A stretch of 61,857 nucleotides of DNA, filler included, from 7 parts of 7 records of this genome joined end to end with filler, not necessarily neighbours in it; one strand, 5' to 3'. Positions 26,731 to 37,683 are shown, counted from the first letter of the whole stretch. Numbers and translations: made by a program. The notes: generated by a model from the sequence alone, not told the origin.

Positions 26731-28203
26731 TTATTTCTTAAGAGCCGCCTCCATCTCGTCAAAACCTGCCAGAATCTGTTCATCCTTCTGAGGGGAAAAC
26801 ATATTCACAGTCATGATGGTCAAGAAGTTAGCAACGAATCCGGGAACGATTTCATACATAGTTGCCCCAAGTCCGGCATCTTTCCAGAAGATAAGAACAA
26901 GAGTACCGACTATCATGCCGGAAAGTGCGGAAATCCATGTTGTTTTCCTGCTGAACAGAGAGAACAGAATCACCGGACCGAACGCAGCACCGAATCCGCC
27001 CCAGGCATAAGAAACAAGCCCCAGAACAGTGTTGCCAGGAGTCAAAGCCATACTCATAGCGATGACGGAAATAACCAGAACGCAAAGACGGCCAACAAGC
27101 ATGAGCTCTTTCTCAGAAGCATCACGACGAAGGATCTTTTTGTAGAAATCCTCGGTCAAAGCAGAAGAAGAAACCAGCAACTGAGAATCAATGGTAGACA
27201 TAATCGCTGAAAGAATAGCCGCCAGCAGCACACCGCCAACCCAAGGGTTGAAGAGCTTGGAGATCATATAAATGAAGACCTTCTCCTGTTCACCGCCATG
27301 AAGACCGTCGAACATGGGAATAGCGACCATACCGACGACAACCGCTCCGGCAAGGGAAATAATAACCCAGATAAGAGCAACTGCTGTGGCCTTAGGCAAC
27401 TCTTTGATGGAGCTGATACCCATAAAACGGGTCAGGATGTGCGGCTGACCGAAATAACCCAGCCCCCAAGCCATGGTGGAAATAACGGCAACAATGGAAA
27501 GAGGCGCGCCGGCACCGTTATGAAAAAGACTGGTAGAAATGTGCTTGGCTGCCATTTCAGCTTCAATAACGGAGATACCTCCATTATCAATAGTTCCAAG
27601 AATCGGAACAAGCACAATGGCAAAGAACATCAGACCACCTTGAAAAAAGTCAGTCCAGCACACAGCCATGAATCCACCCAGAAAAGTATAAGAAACAATT
27701 ACGACGGCCCCGGTAATAACAGCCACGGAGTAATCAATGTTAAACATAGACTCAAAGAGCTTACCCGCAGCAACCAGACCGGATGAAGAGTAGATGGTGA
27801 AGAACATCAGAATAATGACCGCAGAACCGACCCTGAGCAGGCTGGTTGGATCATTAAAACGTTTTTCAAAAAAGGATGAGATTGTGAGGGTGTCGGTCAT
27901 CTCGGTATAAGCACGCAGACGGGCGGACACAAAAATCCAGTTCAGGGCAGTACCCACAAACAGGCCGATGGCAATCCAAGCCTCGGTCATACCGCCAAGA
28001 TAAACAGCACCGGGAAGGCCCATGAGCAGCCAGCCGGACATATCACTGGCCTGTGCGGAAAGCGCGGTAACCCAGCCGCCGAGTCCACGTCCGCCAAGGA
28101 TGTAGCCTTCAATATTAGAAGTTCGTTTGTAAAAATACCAACCCACCGCGAGCAGGAAGACCAGATAAACACCAAAAGTAAGCAAAGTCTCAGTCTGAAT
28201 CAC
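26731..28203 (-). CDS. putP: Sodium/proline symporter
   Basis: ALSAQASDMSGWLLMGLPG, WGLGYFGQPHI, MSTIDSQLL, YEIVPGF; probable GTG start at 28203. Confidence 0.95.
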   Translation of the reverse strand: MIQTETLLTFGVYLVFLLAVGWYFYKRTSNIEGYILGGRGLGGWVTALSAQASDMSGWLLMGLPGAVYLGGMTEAWIAIGLFVGTALNWIFVSARLRAYTEMTDTLTISSFFEKRFNDPTSLLRVGSAVIILMFFTIYSSSGLVAAGKLFESMFNIDYSVAVITGAVVIVSYTFLGGFMAVCWTDFFQGGLMFFAIVLVPILGTIDNGGISVIEAEMAAKHISTSLFHNGAGAPLSIVAVISTMAWGLGYFGQPHILTRFMGISSIKELPKATAVALIWVIISLAGAVVVGMVAIPMFDGLHGGEQEKVFIYMISKLFNPWVGGVLLAAILSAIMSTIDSQLLVSSSALTEDFYKKILRRDASEKELMLVGRLCVLVISVIAMSMALTPGNTVLGLVSYAWGGFGAAFGPVILFSLFSRKTTWISALSGMIVGTLVLIFWKDAGLGATMYEIVPGFVANFLTIMTVNMFSPQKDEQILAGFDEMEAALKK

Positions 28204-28535
28204 AATAAATCCTTTTTGAACAAGTAAAGAAAACAAAAACAACCTAAAACGTAAAAAGGGGCTACTATTTAACCACCCTGAGCATTGTGTACAAGTTATT
28301 TTTTTTCAGCGTCGATTGTACGGACTTCTCTGCAATACGGATTAAAATATTCAGTTTTTTATTCAAAAAGTTCATTATTTTCATTTGAAGGATTTTAAAA
28401 ACGAAGAGTAGCACTCAGAACAGTCACTCTAAAAAATTCATTATTCATAATTCTCAACTTGCCCTACTCAACTTGACAGTTTCGCCCACTTCACAGAAAA
28501 AAAGAGTACTCAAACAACGAAAAACGAGGTTAACC

Positions 28536-28916
28536 TTGCCTACATTAATAATCGCAGGAATTGCCCTGCTGAGCATCATTGGAATATCATTTTATGCAAG
28601 AAAGAAAGGCCATAGCGGACTAGGCGTTTTCTTTGCACTCTACTGCATAGTCTCAATCATCGTATATGTTGTAACCCTGCCCGAAGGTAGACCGTTCATG
28701 CTGGTCGACATCCTCGGTCAGATAGGAGTGCTTACCACCTCCGTCGGCGTGATCATAGCGCATGCCAAGGGAGCCAAGAAATTCTTCTACATCCTGCCCG
28801 GGTTGATCATTCTAGCGATCTCGCTATCAATCCACATAAACAAGGTTGCTCCGCCCCAGAACGGGACCGCAACCAATCAGACGGTCATAATGCAATCGAA
28901 CCAGACCAAAGAATAA
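28536..28916 (+). CDS. Hypothetical membrane protein
   Basis: About four hydrophobic segments; GAGGT before TTG 28536. Confidence 0.6.
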   Translation: MPTLIIAGIALLSIIGISFYARKKGHSGLGVFFALYCIVSIIVYVVTLPEGRPFMLVDILGQIGVLTTSVGVIIAHAKGAKKFFYILPGLIILAISLSIHINKVAPPQNGTATNQTVIMQSNQTKE

Positions 28917-28918
28917 AC

Positions 28919-28954
28919 AAAGCCCCTGCCTTGAATCATCAAGTCAGGGGCTTT
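28919..28954. terminator. Bidirectional terminator
   Basis: AAAGCCCCTG...CAGGGGCTTT between convergent genes. Confidence 0.7.
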
Positions 28955-28981
28955 CTAAATATATTTCTTCACATACCCAAG

Positions 28982-29215
28982 CTACTGAACAACCTGCTGC
29001 TCCGGGTTCATCTTCTCAATCACACCATAAATCATTTCCGCAAACTTCCGCAGCCTAGCGGCATACTGTTCGTCCTCAGCCACAGAAGCATCCTGCTCGG
29101 CAAGTATTGCCACTGCCTGCAACTGCACAGCACCCTGAGCCATAGTAATCTGTCCGACCTTCATTTCATCAGATATGAATTTAACTTGGTCCGCGTATTT
29201 CTTTAAGTGGTTCAT
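28982..29215 (-). CDS. Small hypothetical protein
   Basis: Helical-looking ORF ending at the shared terminator; start uncertain. Confidence 0.5.
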   Translation of the reverse strand: MNHLKKYADQVKFISDEMKVGQITMAQGAVQLQAVAILAEQDASVAEDEQYAARLRKFAEMIYGVIEKMNPEQQVVQ

Positions 29216-29402
29216 GGGGGGTATGGATACATTAGGTGGGGAGGAATGCAAGCCCTCAAGCCTTAATGTTCAAAACACATATTAACAACATCAGAAGCTT
29301 GTACTTATACGTTTTTTTAAATAAACACTGAGGAGTTCATTAAGACGACGCTTATTAATACTCAAATCTTTATTACGACCCCGCAGATAAAAAGTAAGTA
29401 CC

Positions 29403-30506
29403 ATGAAAGCATACATCACATCCCACATAGGAATCATAATTCTGATTATGATCTGTAATTCATCACGGCCACTCTATAACTTGTATGAATACTCCGGCGC
29501 ACGTGCGATCTGGGAAAAAGTATCTCCCCCTCCACCAGAATCTATAGACAAGACCTCAAGGCCAAGTACATTCGTATTATGGATTATGAGCATTTATTTT
29601 GTTCTATTTGGTGTAGCATCCAATAGGTATGAACAGACAGTGCATTCATATGAATTAAGAGTTTTAAACTTTCAAACCCAAATGGCTTCTAACTACAGAG
29701 CTGAAGCTTGTGGCAATTTGGCCCGCCTCCAAAAAATGCACGTCCCCATAAAGCCTATCATCTACGATTTCTACGATACTGTCAGCTCTTTCTTTGCCGA
29801 AGAGAAATATGCTGAAGGTCAAAAACTCCTAATCTCTATAGTGGAAATGTACAGATTCGATCTTAAGGAAGCGGATCTTATCGGAGCCAATATATCAGGG
29901 GCATATCTCTACAAAGCCAATCTAACACGTGCTGAGCTGTATAGGGCAAATCTAACAAAAACAAATTTGAAAAACGCAAATCTTAAAAAAGCAGCGCTTT
30001 CAGGGGCAAAACTTATCAATGCTAAACTGACGAAAGCCAATCTCACCAAAGCAGAACTAAAAGGCGTAAATTTAACAAAGGCAAACCTGACAAAAGCAAA
30101 TATGACTGGAGCTAACTTTAAAGGAGCTTACCTTCTACGAGCAACCCTCAAAGAATCCAATCTTCATGGAGCCTACTTGAAAAAGGCTAATCTTAATAAG
30201 GCAAACTTCAAAGGTGCTGATTTAACCAACGCAAACCTGACTGATACAAATCTTACTGGTGCTAATCTTACAAAAGCAAATCTAGAAAATGCTAAGTTAT
30301 CTGGATGCAATCTGACAGGAGCAATCCTAGCACAAACAAATCTTATGGGAATTGATTTTGCCCATGTGGACATAACAAAAGCCAAAACCCTCTACAAAGC
30401 AAAACTCCCTATTTCAACAGAAACAAAGCTAAAAAAAGCATACCCTCAACTATTTACTCAGCCCCATTGGTACAAATATGCCAACACCCCAAAACACGCC
30501 AGCTAA
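29403..30506 (+). CDS. Pentapeptide-repeat protein with N-terminal membrane segments
   Basis: Long run of A(N/D)Lxx repeats over aa ~153-330. Confidence 0.9.
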   Translation: MKAYITSHIGIIILIMICNSSRPLYNLYEYSGARAIWEKVSPPPPESIDKTSRPSTFVLWIMSIYFVLFGVASNRYEQTVHSYELRVLNFQTQMASNYRAEACGNLARLQKMHVPIKPIIYDFYDTVSSFFAEEKYAEGQKLLISIVEMYRFDLKEADLIGANISGAYLYKANLTRAELYRANLTKTNLKNANLKKAALSGAKLINAKLTKANLTKAELKGVNLTKANLTKANMTGANFKGAYLLRATLKESNLHGAYLKKANLNKANFKGADLTNANLTDTNLTGANLTKANLENAKLSGCNLTGAILAQTNLMGIDFAHVDITKAKTLYKAKLPISTETKLKKAYPQLFTQPHWYKYANTPKHAS

Positions 30507-30524
30507 TAAAAATCAAAACAACTC

Positions 30525-30577
30525 AAAAAAACACCCCCTTACAACAGCTATGCGGGGGCTGTAGTAAGGGGGTGTTT
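30525..30577. terminator. Long hairpin/terminator downstream of tRNA-Leu
   Basis: AAACACCCCCTTACAACAGC...GCTGTAGTAAGGGGGTGTTT. Confidence 0.7.
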
Positions 30578-30587
30578 ATATTTGCAA

Positions 30588-30671
30588 TGGTGCGAAAGGA
30601 GAGACTCGAACTCTCACGGATTAACCGCTAGATCCTAAATCTAGTGCGTCTACCAATTCCGCCACTCTCGC
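30588..30671 (-). tRNA. trnL: tRNA-Leu (UAG)
   Basis: GCGAGAGTGGCGGAATTGGTAGACGCACTAGATTTAGGATCTAGCGGTTAATCCGTGAGAGTTCGAGTCTCTCCTTTCGCACCA; long variable arm, TAG anticodon. Confidence 0.96.
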
Positions 30672-30672
30672 A

Positions 30673-30772
30673 NNNNNNNNNNNNNNNNNNNNNNNNNNNN
30701 NNNNNNNNNNNNNNNNTTAATTAATTAANNNNNNNNNNNNNNNNNNNNNNNNNNNNNNNNNNNNNNNNNNNN
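30673..30772. other. Artificial contig linker
   Basis: 44 N + TTAATTAATTAA + 44 N. Confidence 0.98.
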
Positions 30773-32140
30773 CGTCTTAAATCAAAGGGCGGCTCTCCGG
30801 CCGTTCTCCTGGTCTACGGTATCCCATTAAGAATCAAAACAAACGGCCGATCAGGCGATTTCAACGCTTATCAAACTCTGGTCGCCGGCAAAATTGAAGA
30901 AAGCAGAAAGCTGCTAATAGTAATGCTTGAAGAGCTGAATGATTTGATAGGAAGCAAGGAACTTGAAATAAAGAAAGAAGAAATAAAAGAAAATGAGTCT
31001 TTCAACAACCTGTTTGCTAAAACCGGCGCGGCAATAACCATTGCATTAAAATATTTATCTTCGCAAAACAACCGGAACGTGGATGAATTTACCAAACTGA
31101 AAATTTCTTCATTGCTGATAAGGATAAGCGGCATGTCGCCTTTTGCCCGCGATGCTGCTAGAAAAGCTGCTATGAAAAATGGGCCAAATGGTCAAAGGGT
31201 TCGAAAGAGCGATTTGGCGATCTGGTACGGCATATTGAAAACGGAAAAGGATGTAAGCTTATTCAACGGCGTCCTACCGGAAGAAGCCGAAAAGTTTGCA
31301 TCCTCCATCAGGATGTCCGAAGGTGTGGCCGGTGAATTGAAATTCTGGCAAAATGAGATGACTTTACTGGACAAAAAGGAGGATGCGGCATCCGTGGACA
31401 GCGAGCTGTCCATGATAATGAGAGAACAATACCGTATTACAGGATGGCTGCCCAATCCACATCACGATCGCTACGGAAAATTTCCTTTTATAACCGAGTT
31501 GAGGAACAATACCATTATGACAGCCAGGCTTGACGGGCCTACGCCTGCAATGGCTAAGCGCCTTTCCGACGATGCTGTTGAAATTGAAAAAAAAGGTCTC
31601 GAAGGCGTCTTTTATATAGATGGGCGCGGATTAAAAAAATCAGGCGCCATAGGTTCCTATTCATGGTACGACCGGCATTTAAGCAAGCTCGGCGAGTTGG
31701 TAAAGAGTAAAACCAATTTAACTGTTGTTCATGATGATGCTCCCGACCTGTTTCCGGAAGGATCCTGTCCTGATGCGGCGCTGTACTGCGGTTGGTATTC
31801 GCTGAGAAACTATATCGACTCGTTTTTCTGGGTCAAGGGGGCGGTCGGATATCATGTCGCAAGCAGCGAGGCTGTAACCCTGAAAACTCCGGGCAGTAAT
31901 ACCTGGTGTAAAAGGATGATCGAAAAAGGAGTTGCCGCTACAATTGGTCCTGTTCAGGAGCCTTACTTACAGTCTTTCCCATTGCCCGATCATTTTTTTC
32001 CTCTGTTGATGTCTGGTAAGGAACCCCTGATTAAAGTATATTTCAGAACAATCCCCCATGTATCGTGGAGACAGGTATTAATCGGCGACCCCTTATACAC
32101 TCCTTTCAAAACCAATTCACCTATGATGCAAGATCGCTGA
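30773..32140 (+). CDS. TIGR03790-family protein (PEP-CTERM system associated), 5' truncated
   Basis: Frame open from contig start (LVYGIPLRI); AASVDSEL, ARLDGP, ALYCGWYS, GAVGYHVAS, GPVQEPYL, SW..VLIGDPLY.PF. Confidence 0.85.
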   Translation, partial: RLKSKGGSPAVLLVYGIPLRIKTNGRSGDFNAYQTLVAGKIEESRKLLIVMLEELNDLIGSKELEIKKEEIKENESFNNLFAKTGAAITIALKYLSSQNNRNVDEFTKLKISSLLIRISGMSPFARDAARKAAMKNGPNGQRVRKSDLAIWYGILKTEKDVSLFNGVLPEEAEKFASSIRMSEGVAGELKFWQNEMTLLDKKEDAASVDSELSMIMREQYRITGWLPNPHHDRYGKFPFITELRNNTIMTARLDGPTPAMAKRLSDDAVEIEKKGLEGVFYIDGRGLKKSGAIGSYSWYDRHLSKLGELVKSKTNLTVVHDDAPDLFPEGSCPDAALYCGWYSLRNYIDSFFWVKGAVGYHVASSEAVTLKTPGSNTWCKRMIEKGVAATIGPVQEPYLQSFPLPDHFFPLLMSGKEPLIKVYFRTIPHVSWRQVLIGDPLYTPFKTNSPMMQDR

Positions 32141-32360
32141 TTGGCGGCGTAAGGATTAAGTAAAAGACGATTCTACCCGGATCCGGACCAAATGAGAAGT
32201 GTCAGGCGGCCGAAGTCGTTTGGCTCGCAAAAGAACAAAAGCGCCGGATAGGCGCGAATATACGAATGAATGTCTGCTATGATATTTGTGATAAATTCAG
32301 GAATTGTGAATATTTATAATGAAATATGTAATTGCGTGTGGATCTTTAAGGGAAAATCTC

Positions 32361-32699
32361 TTAATTGTCATTCGGTATGGAAGTGATTTCAAAGTTTTTA
32401 TCAAAACAAATAGCCATCCCGTCTTCTGTTGCCCTTAGAACCGCGCCGGTTACTTTTACTAAAGCTTTTTTGGTTTTTATTTTCTTAATTTCGTCAATTG
32501 GTAAAACTATGTCTATTTTGACATCAGTGCCGACCGGCAAAGGTACGTCCGTATGGAAATACGCGCCTCCAGCGCAAATATCACTGGTTATCAACTCCAT
32601 GGATTCGCTGTGTTCGTTGTCCAAAGCGTCCGCACGGGAAAGTCGTGCAGGCAGTTCCAGGCCAAATCGCTCCATTGTTCTTTTTTCCATTCCAGACAC
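32361..32699 (-). CDS. PilZ-domain protein
   Basis: RxxxR (RTMER) and D-x-C-x-x-G (DICAGG) c-di-GMP motifs. Confidence 0.85.
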   Translation of the reverse strand: MSGMEKRTMERFGLELPARLSRADALDNEHSESMELITSDICAGGAYFHTDVPLPVGTDVKIDIVLPIDEIKKIKTKKALVKVTGAVLRATEDGMAICFDKNFEITSIPNDN

Positions 32700-33339
32700 A
32701 GCATTTACCTCGTCGTTGTTCGTATGTTTATTCTTCTTAAGACCTTTTTTTTGTTGGGTTTGGCCTACGTTTAATCACCTTCAACCGTAAATCTTTTATT
32801 TATTGGATCCTATCTGCTTGGATATACTGCATCATATTTCGACAATACTGATATCATACGATTCAACTATTTAGAATGTCAATAAAAAATAAACAAAAAA
32901 AGTCGGTTGCACCCAACAAGGTCTTCATATTTCCTTATTTTTTTTACTCTGATCCTCCCATAGAGAGCACACTATTATTATAAAAGCATTTTGTTTTATA
33001 ATCGCATATATGTAACTATAAAATCAATACGTAACTAATATGGTTTTTCATTTTTATTATTCTGTCAAATCTAATATTTAAGTCTTATTTGCATCGCATT
33101 TTTCTAATACTTTTATCGTATTTGATTTTTCAATTCTTAATCTAAACAAGTAATCACTCAGAAATATTCGTCTATTGGATGTTAGCATATTGGATCTTAA
33201 ATCACTGTAATGACAAAAGATTATTTTAGATTAATAAATTGTGATGGAAAAGCCTCAGATTATAAACTGTTTAAATCGGATCTAGACTGAAACTGGCTCC
33301 CTGCCTGAATAATCAGCGAGGAAGCCAGTTTAATTTGCT

Positions 33340-33379
33340 TTGGCATGGAGAATTTAAAAATAAAAAACTCCATGGCCAA
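33340..33379. terminator. Hairpin downstream of the TPR gene
   Basis: TTGGCATGGAG...CTCCATGGCCAA. Confidence 0.45.
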
Positions 33380-33454
33380 ATTCTTATTTAGGGATAGCGA
33401 TGTAGCCGCAGCTCCGTATATTCGCTTTTCCGGGCCTGATTTCATGCATACGGC

Positions 33455-35863
33455 TTATTCAAGATTAGCCAGCTCCTTTTCAGCATCATCACGGCCCGGA
33501 AATTTTGATCCTTTTTCCAGGGCGTCTTCCAAATATTTTTTTGCCTTGTTTTTATCCCCAAGCTTCAGATAAGTCATGCCGATGTGGTAATTCAATGTCG
33601 GCTTGTTTTCGGCTTTATCCACCACCTGGGTCAATAATTCCATTGCCTTGTTATAATCTCCTTTTCTGTAATATAGCCATGCGACTGTATCTACAATTTC
33701 CGGAGACTTGCTTAATTTTTCAAGTAGCGGCTCTGTCAACTCCAAGCCCTTGGCCAGGTTTTCTTCTGTTGGCTCGTACTCAGCATAATAAAAGGCCAGG
33801 TTATTGGCGGCTATCCAAATATCAGGCCTCTTATCCAATATTTCAATATAAATTTCCTTTGCTTTTTTAGGCTCGTTGTTTAACTCATAAAGCGCGGAGG
33901 AGAGTAAAGAGTAGCGTATATTGTCCGGCTGTTTTTCCCTTGCTTTATTGACGTCTTCAATGGCCTTTTCCACGGACCCGTGTTTCAATTCGATTTGGGC
34001 CAACAAAAACAAGGCTTCCTGGTTGTTCGGGTTAAGTTCCAGGGCTTTTTCAAATGTTTTTCGCGCCAGGTCGTATTCCTTTTTAACACCATATAATTTT
34101 CCTAACACAACATGAAAACTGTCGTTTTCCGGTCTTGATTCGATATGGGCTTTACACTTGGCAATGGCTTCATCGAATTTTTTATCCCTCAGAAAAATAA
34201 GAACCAGTTTGTCAAGGGCCGGAGAATAGTCGGGATCGACTTTCAGCGCTTTTTCAAAAAACTCCGAAGCCCGTTTTTCCTGTTTTTGAAGCAAGCTGAC
34301 TATACCGTTGTAATAAAGCACCGCAGTCGATTCCGGATCAAGCTCCAATAAACGGCTATAATACCCGGCCGCGCCTTCCAGATCCCTTTGTCTTAGGGCA
34401 AACTCGCCCAGGGCCAATAAAGACACCTTGTCATCCGGACGATATTTTATAATTTCTTCCAATTGCTCGCTTGCCCGGTCTAATTTACCTTCTCTTCTCA
34501 ATAGGTCGGCTAGAAGATACCTGGCCTTTACAGCTTTGGGATTGTCATCCAAAATATTGGTTAACGTGTTTTCAGCTAATTTTAACTCTTTGTTTAATAT
34601 GTGCACCTGGGCCAGTTTTACCGCCACATTTACATTGTTGGGCTCTTCATTCATCACGGCCCGATATTCGGATATTGCATCTATGAATTCTTTCTTGACT
34701 GCCAGAATATCGCCTTTCAGAATATGAGCCTTAACATCTCCTGGGCTTTCGGCGAGCACTTCATTGACAAGCTTGAAGGCTTCCTCGGTCCTTTTATTTT
34801 GGAAATAAAGTCTGGCTTTAAGAACTTTAGCCTTGAGAAAAGACGGCCCCGAGCTGACCTTGCTCATGAATTGATTCAATATCTCAAGAGCCTTTTCATT
34901 ATTTTTTTGGGTAATATAGTAACCGGCCAATAGCTGGTAAGCCTGAAAGTCTTCCGGAGAGCTTTTGATTGTATCAGTCAGAAAATTGAGCATTTTATCG
35001 GTCTGTTTTTTTCTTGCATAAAACTGAGCCAAGGCAAGCTTGAATTTCGGTTCCTTCGGATCTTCGGCTATCAGCTCCTTAAGTATGGATTCCGCTTTCT
35101 CCGGTTTGCCGGCCCGATCATAGAAACCGGCTACTGCCTGTTTTAGGATTTTATTATCGGGATCGTTCTCCAACAGTTTTTGATAGTGTTTTGATGCTTC
35201 ATCAAAATTCTTCAATTTTTCAAATGTTTGGGCCAATAATAGCCTGCCGCTTTTGTCTCCCGGTAATTGCTCGAGCATTTCCTGCAGAATTTTAACGGCC
35301 TTATCCAGCTTTTTTTGTTCCATCATTATTCTGGCCAGCAGGATATAAGGATCGTTTTTTTTCGGGTTCTTTTTCTTTACCTGTTCAAGTAACTTTTCGG
35401 CTTCATCATATTTTTTATCCGTTATTAAAATGGCTGATCTTAGCAACAACCCCTCTTCATGTTCAGGTTCCTTTGAAAGCACCATGTCGGCTTTTTCTTT
35501 TGCCTTCTCTTTCTGACGCGCCATCATCAATAGTCTTCCCAGTGCTATCTGTGCGTCATAAAGATCCGGATTCAGCTCTACAGCCTTGCTGAAACTTCTA
35601 AAGGCTCCTTTCCATTTCTTTTTTTGCAACCGGCACATGCCAAGCATGTTATAGGCATCAGCATATTTTGAATCTATTTGAAGAGCATTTTTGAATTCGA
35701 GGGCGGCTTTATCATATTCGCCTTTGTCATATAATTCCTTCCCCCGGTTGAAATACTTCATCTTTTTCTCTTCCGGGCCGCCGCAACCGGATATCAGGAA
35801 CGCGATTACCATGGATATGACAATCACAAATAATGTTTTGTTTTTAATGTAAGAAATAATCAC
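33455..35863 (-). CDS. Long TPR-repeat lipoprotein, PrsT-like (PEP-CTERM system)
   Basis: LISGC lipobox; TPR repeats; EFKNALQID, AANNLA and DTVAWLYY hallmarks. Confidence 0.85.
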   Translation of the reverse strand: MIISYIKNKTLFVIVISMVIAFLISGCGGPEEKKMKYFNRGKELYDKGEYDKAALEFKNALQIDSKYADAYNMLGMCRLQKKKWKGAFRSFSKAVELNPDLYDAQIALGRLLMMARQKEKAKEKADMVLSKEPEHEEGLLLRSAILITDKKYDEAEKLLEQVKKKNPKKNDPYILLARIMMEQKKLDKAVKILQEMLEQLPGDKSGRLLLAQTFEKLKNFDEASKHYQKLLENDPDNKILKQAVAGFYDRAGKPEKAESILKELIAEDPKEPKFKLALAQFYARKKQTDKMLNFLTDTIKSSPEDFQAYQLLAGYYITQKNNEKALEILNQFMSKVSSGPSFLKAKVLKARLYFQNKRTEEAFKLVNEVLAESPGDVKAHILKGDILAVKKEFIDAISEYRAVMNEEPNNVNVAVKLAQVHILNKELKLAENTLTNILDDNPKAVKARYLLADLLRREGKLDRASEQLEEIIKYRPDDKVSLLALGEFALRQRDLEGAAGYYSRLLELDPESTAVLYYNGIVSLLQKQEKRASEFFEKALKVDPDYSPALDKLVLIFLRDKKFDEAIAKCKAHIESRPENDSFHVVLGKLYGVKKEYDLARKTFEKALELNPNNQEALFLLAQIELKHGSVEKAIEDVNKAREKQPDNIRYSLLSSALYELNNEPKKAKEIYIEILDKRPDIWIAANNLAFYYAEYEPTEENLAKGLELTEPLLEKLSKSPEIVDTVAWLYYRKGDYNKAMELLTQVVDKAENKPTLNYHIGMTYLKLGDKNKAKKYLEDALEKGSKFPGRDDAEKELANLE

Positions 35864-36211
35864 TTCGGCCTCCTTTAAATTAGTGACAATTGTCGCCGAG
35901 CACGAGCGTTTGTCTTGGGAACTAAGTAAAACATGGTTTAAGGAATCGAATTCTCACGGAACGATTTTCGAAACCCAAAAAAATCCTTTTTAATGATATC
36001 GGTTTGCATCGTCTCGAGATATTAACCCCAAAACAATTTTAAACGAAGTACTCCTTTGGTACTTATTGGTATTTGTTCTCCGACGCCTGGTGAATCCCCT
36101 CTTGTTAAGCCTCGTCGCCGGCCCCTTATTATAGATGAAAAATACTCATTAGCCAATATAGCTGGATAATACGATTCCATTTTAGCTTATTAAAAATAAG
36201 GTTTTAAGCCT

Positions 36212-37582
36212 TCAAAACAGTCCAGCGGCCAGTCCCTTGACGCCAATAACGGCAAGCACGGCCAAAGTAGATAAGCCGACCGATTTTAACCCCCCGCGTA
36301 GTTCTCCAATAAGAACTTCATAACTGAAGAAAAAAACTATTATTTTTGCCGCCAATAACCCCATGTGGCTGCTTCGAATGCTTTCGTTTCCGCCAATGAT
36401 CGGCACAATAATGGCTATAAAGAGAATGAGGAAATCCATGGGCGTGCTTTTGAAGCCTTCTCTTCTTGAAAATCTCAATGTTATAAGCACAAGGATTATG
36501 AGCAGCACGAATGATAGATTATAAGACCATACCGCTACTTGGTTGTCCATCACTATTAGGCGTGCTTCACTGATGTATACAATAAAGGGAATAATAAGAT
36601 ACAGGCTTAATCTTATCGTCCCCCGCAACCAGTTGGCCCTGTTGCTGAAATAGGCGAATAAAATGAATGCAGCCATACATACGGCCACAAGGGAGAAATA
36701 TGGTGTAAAATCCGAAGCCAGAATACTTGTTGCCAGTAGCAGGGCCGGGATTGCAAATTCAATCGTCCGGAAACAAATCTTTATAACCGTGCGCCTGTCT
36801 ATAATGAAAAAGGATTTGCCCGTATATGTGTCCTTTAGTTTTATTTCACGCCTGAATCTCCACCCGGTTTTATCGGCGTATAAAAAACCTATTATTACGA
36901 GAAAAGAAAAGGAAACATACAGCAATATCAGGAACCAATCGGGGTAATACCTGAAATAAATTGCCGAGCCGGCCAAAAGAGCCTGAAGTATATATATTAT
37001 CAGCACGGATTCGGAATGGGAAAGACCCAACCTCATCAATTTATGGTGAAAGTGGTTTTTATCCGGGTAAAAAGGCGATTTGCCGTCCGCCACGCGTTGA
37101 AACATGACCGTAAATGTGTCAAGTATTGGAAAACCAAGCATAAGCAAGGGCAGAGTCGGGCTGAGTGGAATGTTGCTTTGAGTCAGGTGCAAAGCCAGGG
37201 TTATGGCCAGAAAACCGAGGAATTGGCTTCCGGCGTCGCCCATGAACACAAGCGCGGGATATGTATTGAATCGCAGAAAGCCGAATAGAGCTCCCGTGAC
37301 AGCCATGGCGATTAATACTATTGAATTGTAATCGCAAATATAAGCCAGAAGCCCTATGCTGATAAAAGTCAGCATGGTGATGCCGCCGGCCAGTCCGTCA
37401 AGCCCGTCGGCAAGATTGATGGCGTTGGTCACGCCTACTATTACCACCAAGGTCAGAGGAATGCTTATAACATCCGGGAGAATAAGATCATTAGGCAATA
37501 ACATGCCAAGAGACTTTATCTTTATACCTCCGACAAAAATAACCAGAAGAGCGGCCGCGATCTGACTGGCGAACTTGTACTT
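36212..37582 (-). CDS. MraY/WecA-family polyprenyl-phosphate HexNAc-1-P transferase with C-terminal membrane extension, 5' truncated
   Basis: NAINLADGLDGLA, FNTYPALVFMGDAGS, PDKNHFHH. Confidence 0.9.
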   Translation of the reverse strand, partial: KYKFASQIAAALLVIFVGGIKIKSLGMLLPNDLILPDVISIPLTLVVIVGVTNAINLADGLDGLAGGITMLTFISIGLLAYICDYNSIVLIAMAVTGALFGFLRFNTYPALVFMGDAGSQFLGFLAITLALHLTQSNIPLSPTLPLLMLGFPILDTFTVMFQRVADGKSPFYPDKNHFHHKLMRLGLSHSESVLIIYILQALLAGSAIYFRYYPDWFLILLYVSFSFLVIIGFLYADKTGWRFRREIKLKDTYTGKSFFIIDRRTVIKICFRTIEFAIPALLLATSILASDFTPYFSLVAVCMAAFILFAYFSNRANWLRGTIRLSLYLIIPFIVYISEARLIVMDNQVAVWSYNLSFVLLIILVLITLRFSRREGFKSTPMDFLILFIAIIVPIIGGNESIRSSHMGLLAAKIIVFFFSYEVLIGELRGGLKSVGLSTLAVLAVIGVKGLAAGLF

Positions 37583-37583
37583 G

Positions 37584-37683
37584 NNNNNNNNNNNNNNNNN
37601 NNNNNNNNNNNNNNNNNNNNNNNNNNNTTAATTAATTAANNNNNNNNNNNNNNNNNNNNNNNNNNNNNNNNNNNNNNNNNNNN
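37584..37683. other. Artificial contig linker
   Basis: 44 N + TTAATTAATTAA + 44 N. Confidence 0.98.

Noticed and set aside
6792-28203. putA and putP in one window suggesting a put operon
   Set aside because: They lie on different contigs separated by a linker and probably come from different organisms.
32700-36211. Sigma54 promoter or c-di-GMP riboswitch in the long intergenic regions
   Set aside because: No correctly spaced TGGCA-N6-TTGC or GEMM motif was found by eye; a covariance-model search would be needed.
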